From positions 1 through 60,818 of IMG/VR virus record IMGVR_UViG_3300032292_001138: a stretch of 60,818 nt of DNA. The stretch is one strand, 5' to 3'. This DNA comes from a virus. Its lineage: Duplodnaviria > Caudoviricetes. Made by a program: the position numbers and the translations under genes. Position 1 is the stretch's first letter. Each line of letters starts with the position of its first letter. Shown piece after piece: positions 58,636 through 60,818 of the stretch. The notes beneath the pieces were generated by a model. It was not told the origin of the DNA. It worked only from the letters and a program-made list of their open reading frames with translations, and ran no database searches.

Positions 58636-58745
58636 GCGCCCCTGAAAATGGGGCGTTTTTTGGCTTTAAAATATTTTGGGTGAAGCGCTTGACAGTTGAC
58701 CGTCTATCCATTAATATCAATATATTGAATTAAGCGAGTAAGCAA
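58636..58745 (+). promoter_or_regulatory. Terminator plus repeated promoter cassette, copy 3
   Basis: GCGCCCC..GGGGCGTTTTTT then TTGACA-GTTGACCGTCTATCCAT-TAATAT. Confidence 0.78.
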
Positions 58746-59384
58746 ATGCAAGACAACCGTATCAAAAAAGTAGTTAGCAATGGCAAAGAGTATTACTATC
58801 GTGGCAATGGGCTTTGGTTCGGGCGCACCTCTAAGGTCAAAGCTATGGAGGGTTTGCTAAGCGGCGCTTTGACCCCTTGGAGTCTTAAGGTTGATGGCGA
58901 AGAAAACACGTCTGTAACTATTGACGATCAAGGCGATATTGTTCTTAAGAGCGATGTGGTAGAAGTTGCCGCCGCCGAGCCTGTAAGCGTTGATGAAGTT
59001 GCAGAAAACCAAGACGGCTGTGAAGTCGTTGACGCTGAGATCGGTGAAATCATCGGGGCGCAATTTGACAGCATTGAACAGTTAGAAGATTGTCTAAACG
59101 CCGTAAACAAAAGCGGTAAGGTGTGGGTGGTTGTAACCTTACCTAACCGTGAGAAATATCGGTTTCAGTGCTATATCAACGGACATCAGTCGATCAATTT
59201 AAAAGCCTACTGTATGCAAAGTCTCAAGGGTAGCTTAGCCTTTGGCGGTGAAGAAATTTACCAAGAGCTTTTAGACTGCTGTCAACTCGCTTGGGGGCAC
59301 TGCCAAGCAAAAGACTGCTACGAATCGGCGGTTTATCTGCCTTATAAATCTGGGAAAAGGTATAGGGCAAAAGTGGCGGCGTGA
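58746..59384 (+). CDS. hypothetical early protein
   Basis: ORF after promoter cassette. Confidence 0.65.
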   Translation: MQDNRIKKVVSNGKEYYYRGNGLWFGRTSKVKAMEGLLSGALTPWSLKVDGEENTSVTIDDQGDIVLKSDVVEVAAAEPVSVDEVAENQDGCEVVDAEIGEIIGAQFDSIEQLEDCLNAVNKSGKVWVVVTLPNREKYRFQCYINGHQSINLKAYCMQSLKGSLAFGGEEIYQELLDCCQLAWGHCQAKDCYESAVYLPYKSGKRYRAKVAA

Positions 59385-59461
59385 TGCCTTTGAAAATGTT
59401 GCCGACATTGCCTAATATTTTGCTGACACCTTATTAACATCTCACTCACAGGATCAAACAA

Positions 59462-59701
59462 ATGCCTTATCAGTACGTCAAGATTTCCCGCAATGGTGAA
59501 TCATGGGAAGCGGAAATTGATTTCAGTCAGACCATTGTTGACGATCAAGAGGTCATCTCAGATGATGTGTATGAGTTAGGGGTAGACGAACTCCCCCCAG
59601 GTGTCGAAGATATTCAGGGCAATGTCTTCAACGAACCCCTGCGACTGTTTTGGGTGCAGCAAGGGGATCAAGAGTGGTATTTCGGACTTGACCCCGTTTA
59701 A
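59462..59701 (+). CDS. small acidic protein
   Basis: Asp/Glu-rich ORF with AGGA ribosome-binding site. Confidence 0.6.
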   Translation: MPYQYVKISRNGESWEAEIDFSQTIVDDQEVISDDVYELGVDELPPGVEDIQGNVFNEPLRLFWVQQGDQEWYFGLDPV

Positions 59702-59744
59702 TCAGTTCGGATCGAATAAACTTTGAATTACTTGAAAGGTATAT

Positions 59745-60047
59745 ATGGCTAATTTGCAACTGCATAAAAACTGCTTTATCCCAATGCATCTTGAGGAGCA
59801 GTATCGGAATATTCGCGTTTACTTGCACTTCAACACCTATTCCCATTCATTCGCCACAGCGAAAAAACTGGTGCAAGAGGCTAGAAATGACTTTCCCTCC
59901 CTAGAATTGACGGACAGCGATTTTGAATTTCGCACCTATCGAAACACGGGATATATTGACGGGATCATGGGCTGCGAGTTTTCTCTACCCAAAGATACTC
60001 CGATCCCGCAAGGTTATCACCAAGTAAATAATCTGCCAAGCTATTAA
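59745..60047 (+). CDS. hypothetical protein
   Basis: ORF with AAGGT ribosome-binding site. Confidence 0.6.
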   Translation: MANLQLHKNCFIPMHLEEQYRNIRVYLHFNTYSHSFATAKKLVQEARNDFPSLELTDSDFEFRTYRNTGYIDGIMGCEFSLPKDTPIPQGYHQVNNLPSY

Positions 60048-60081
60048 CCCACCCCATAGCCTTATCTATACAGCATCTATA

Positions 60082-60107
60082 CAGCCTCAATCAGGGGCTG
60101 TTTTTTT
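60082..60107 (+). terminator. Intrinsic terminator
   Basis: CAGCCTC-AATCA-GGGGCTG-TTTTTTT. Confidence 0.7.
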
Positions 60108-60184
60108 GTGCCATCACCCGCCAAATCGCGACACCCGCCACAGCAGCGAAAACCGCGAGGCATCGCGATCCAGCGGCTAACAAC

Positions 60185-60730
60185 TTAATCGCCTTCTACA
60201 GGATCAGCCGCCCGTTTCTTCCAGAGCCGAACACTCGAAACTGATTCGACAGTGTAGCTAACAAATCCCGTCACATCTGACCCATTCTCCACAGCCTTTT
60301 TAACCGCTGCCACATTCACAGTTTTTTTGACCAACTCATCAGGCAACTCGTCAACACTGACCAACAGATTCAGACTCCATTCATCCTTGACCTGATGCTT
60401 AATTGTTCCCAGCGGCGACGCGATTTTTTCTACCCCAGCCTCTAACATTGTTTCCCCTAGGCTTTGCTTTAATTTTTTAGCCTGAGATTCCAGCGCCCGC
60501 GCTTGCGCCGTCGCTTGCGCCGCGTCATCGCGAAACATCTCGGCATCTGCCTCAAGCGCTTCAACGACCATCAACACCCGCAGGGCTTTGTCTTTAATAT
60601 CTGTCTGTACCGCTTGCAATTCGCGCTCCACAGCCTCGCGCACCGCGTCATCCGCGCCCTCAGCGATGAGTCGCGATAAGTTCGCGGCTGTCGCGATAGC
60701 GGCGGTTCGTAAATCTCTGAGAGTAGACAT
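60185..60730 (-). CDS. Siphovirus Gp157-like protein
   Basis: MSTL..L, DIKDK, coiled coil ...LK..L...M...G..KI, LPDEL...V..AAVKKA. Confidence 0.7.
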   Translation of the reverse strand: MSTLRDLRTAAIATAANLSRLIAEGADDAVREAVERELQAVQTDIKDKALRVLMVVEALEADAEMFRDDAAQATAQARALESQAKKLKQSLGETMLEAGVEKIASPLGTIKHQVKDEWSLNLLVSVDELPDELVKKTVNVAAVKKAVENGSDVTGFVSYTVESVSSVRLWKKRAADPVEGD

Positions 60731-60807
60731 GGGCTTAGTTCCTTTTGCATAGTTCAGTACTACCTATCATAACTTTTTAAGGTACTGTCCAGGGGATTCT
60801 AAATGCT

Positions 60808-60818
60808 ATATTCCGAAC
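60808..60818. repeat. Right copy of 11-bp terminal repeat
   Basis: Identical to 1-11. Confidence 0.75.

Noticed and set aside
1161-60710. CGCG islands as cyanobacterial HIP1 (GCGATCGC) repeats
   Set aside because: I did not see the HIP1 octamer in the islands, and HIP1 is dispersed rather than clustered
1-60818. Alternative genetic code
   Set aside because: Long genes are open and densely packed under the standard code

Overview
The window looks like a complete ~60.8 kb long-tailed (siphovirus-like) phage genome. An NblA-like gene and cyanobacterial-type DnaB and dCTP deaminase point to a cyanobacterial host. The two ends share an 11-bp direct repeat in a cos-like context. The genome encodes lambda-type small and large terminases, a lambda-family portal, a protease-capsid fusion, an RcGTA-like tail-tip cluster, a frameshifted tail chaperone and a 3964-aa tape measure with embedded enzyme domains. 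Replication appears lambda-O-like (6x22-bp iterons plus DnaB), and RusA, an ATP-dependent ligase and three DNA methyltransferases (one with a mini-intein) are present. I found no integrase, ParA or endolysin. The least explained features are: (1) about 25 short CGCG/GCG-rich islands with roughly 9-10 bp phasing, written through coding and non-coding DNA across the genome; (2) an FtsK/TraB-like translocase operon with membrane proteins and a lipoprotein; (3) a poly-ribbon-helix-helix protein; and (4) two anticodon-less tRNA-like elements. All calls come from motif recognition by eye; no database searches were run.
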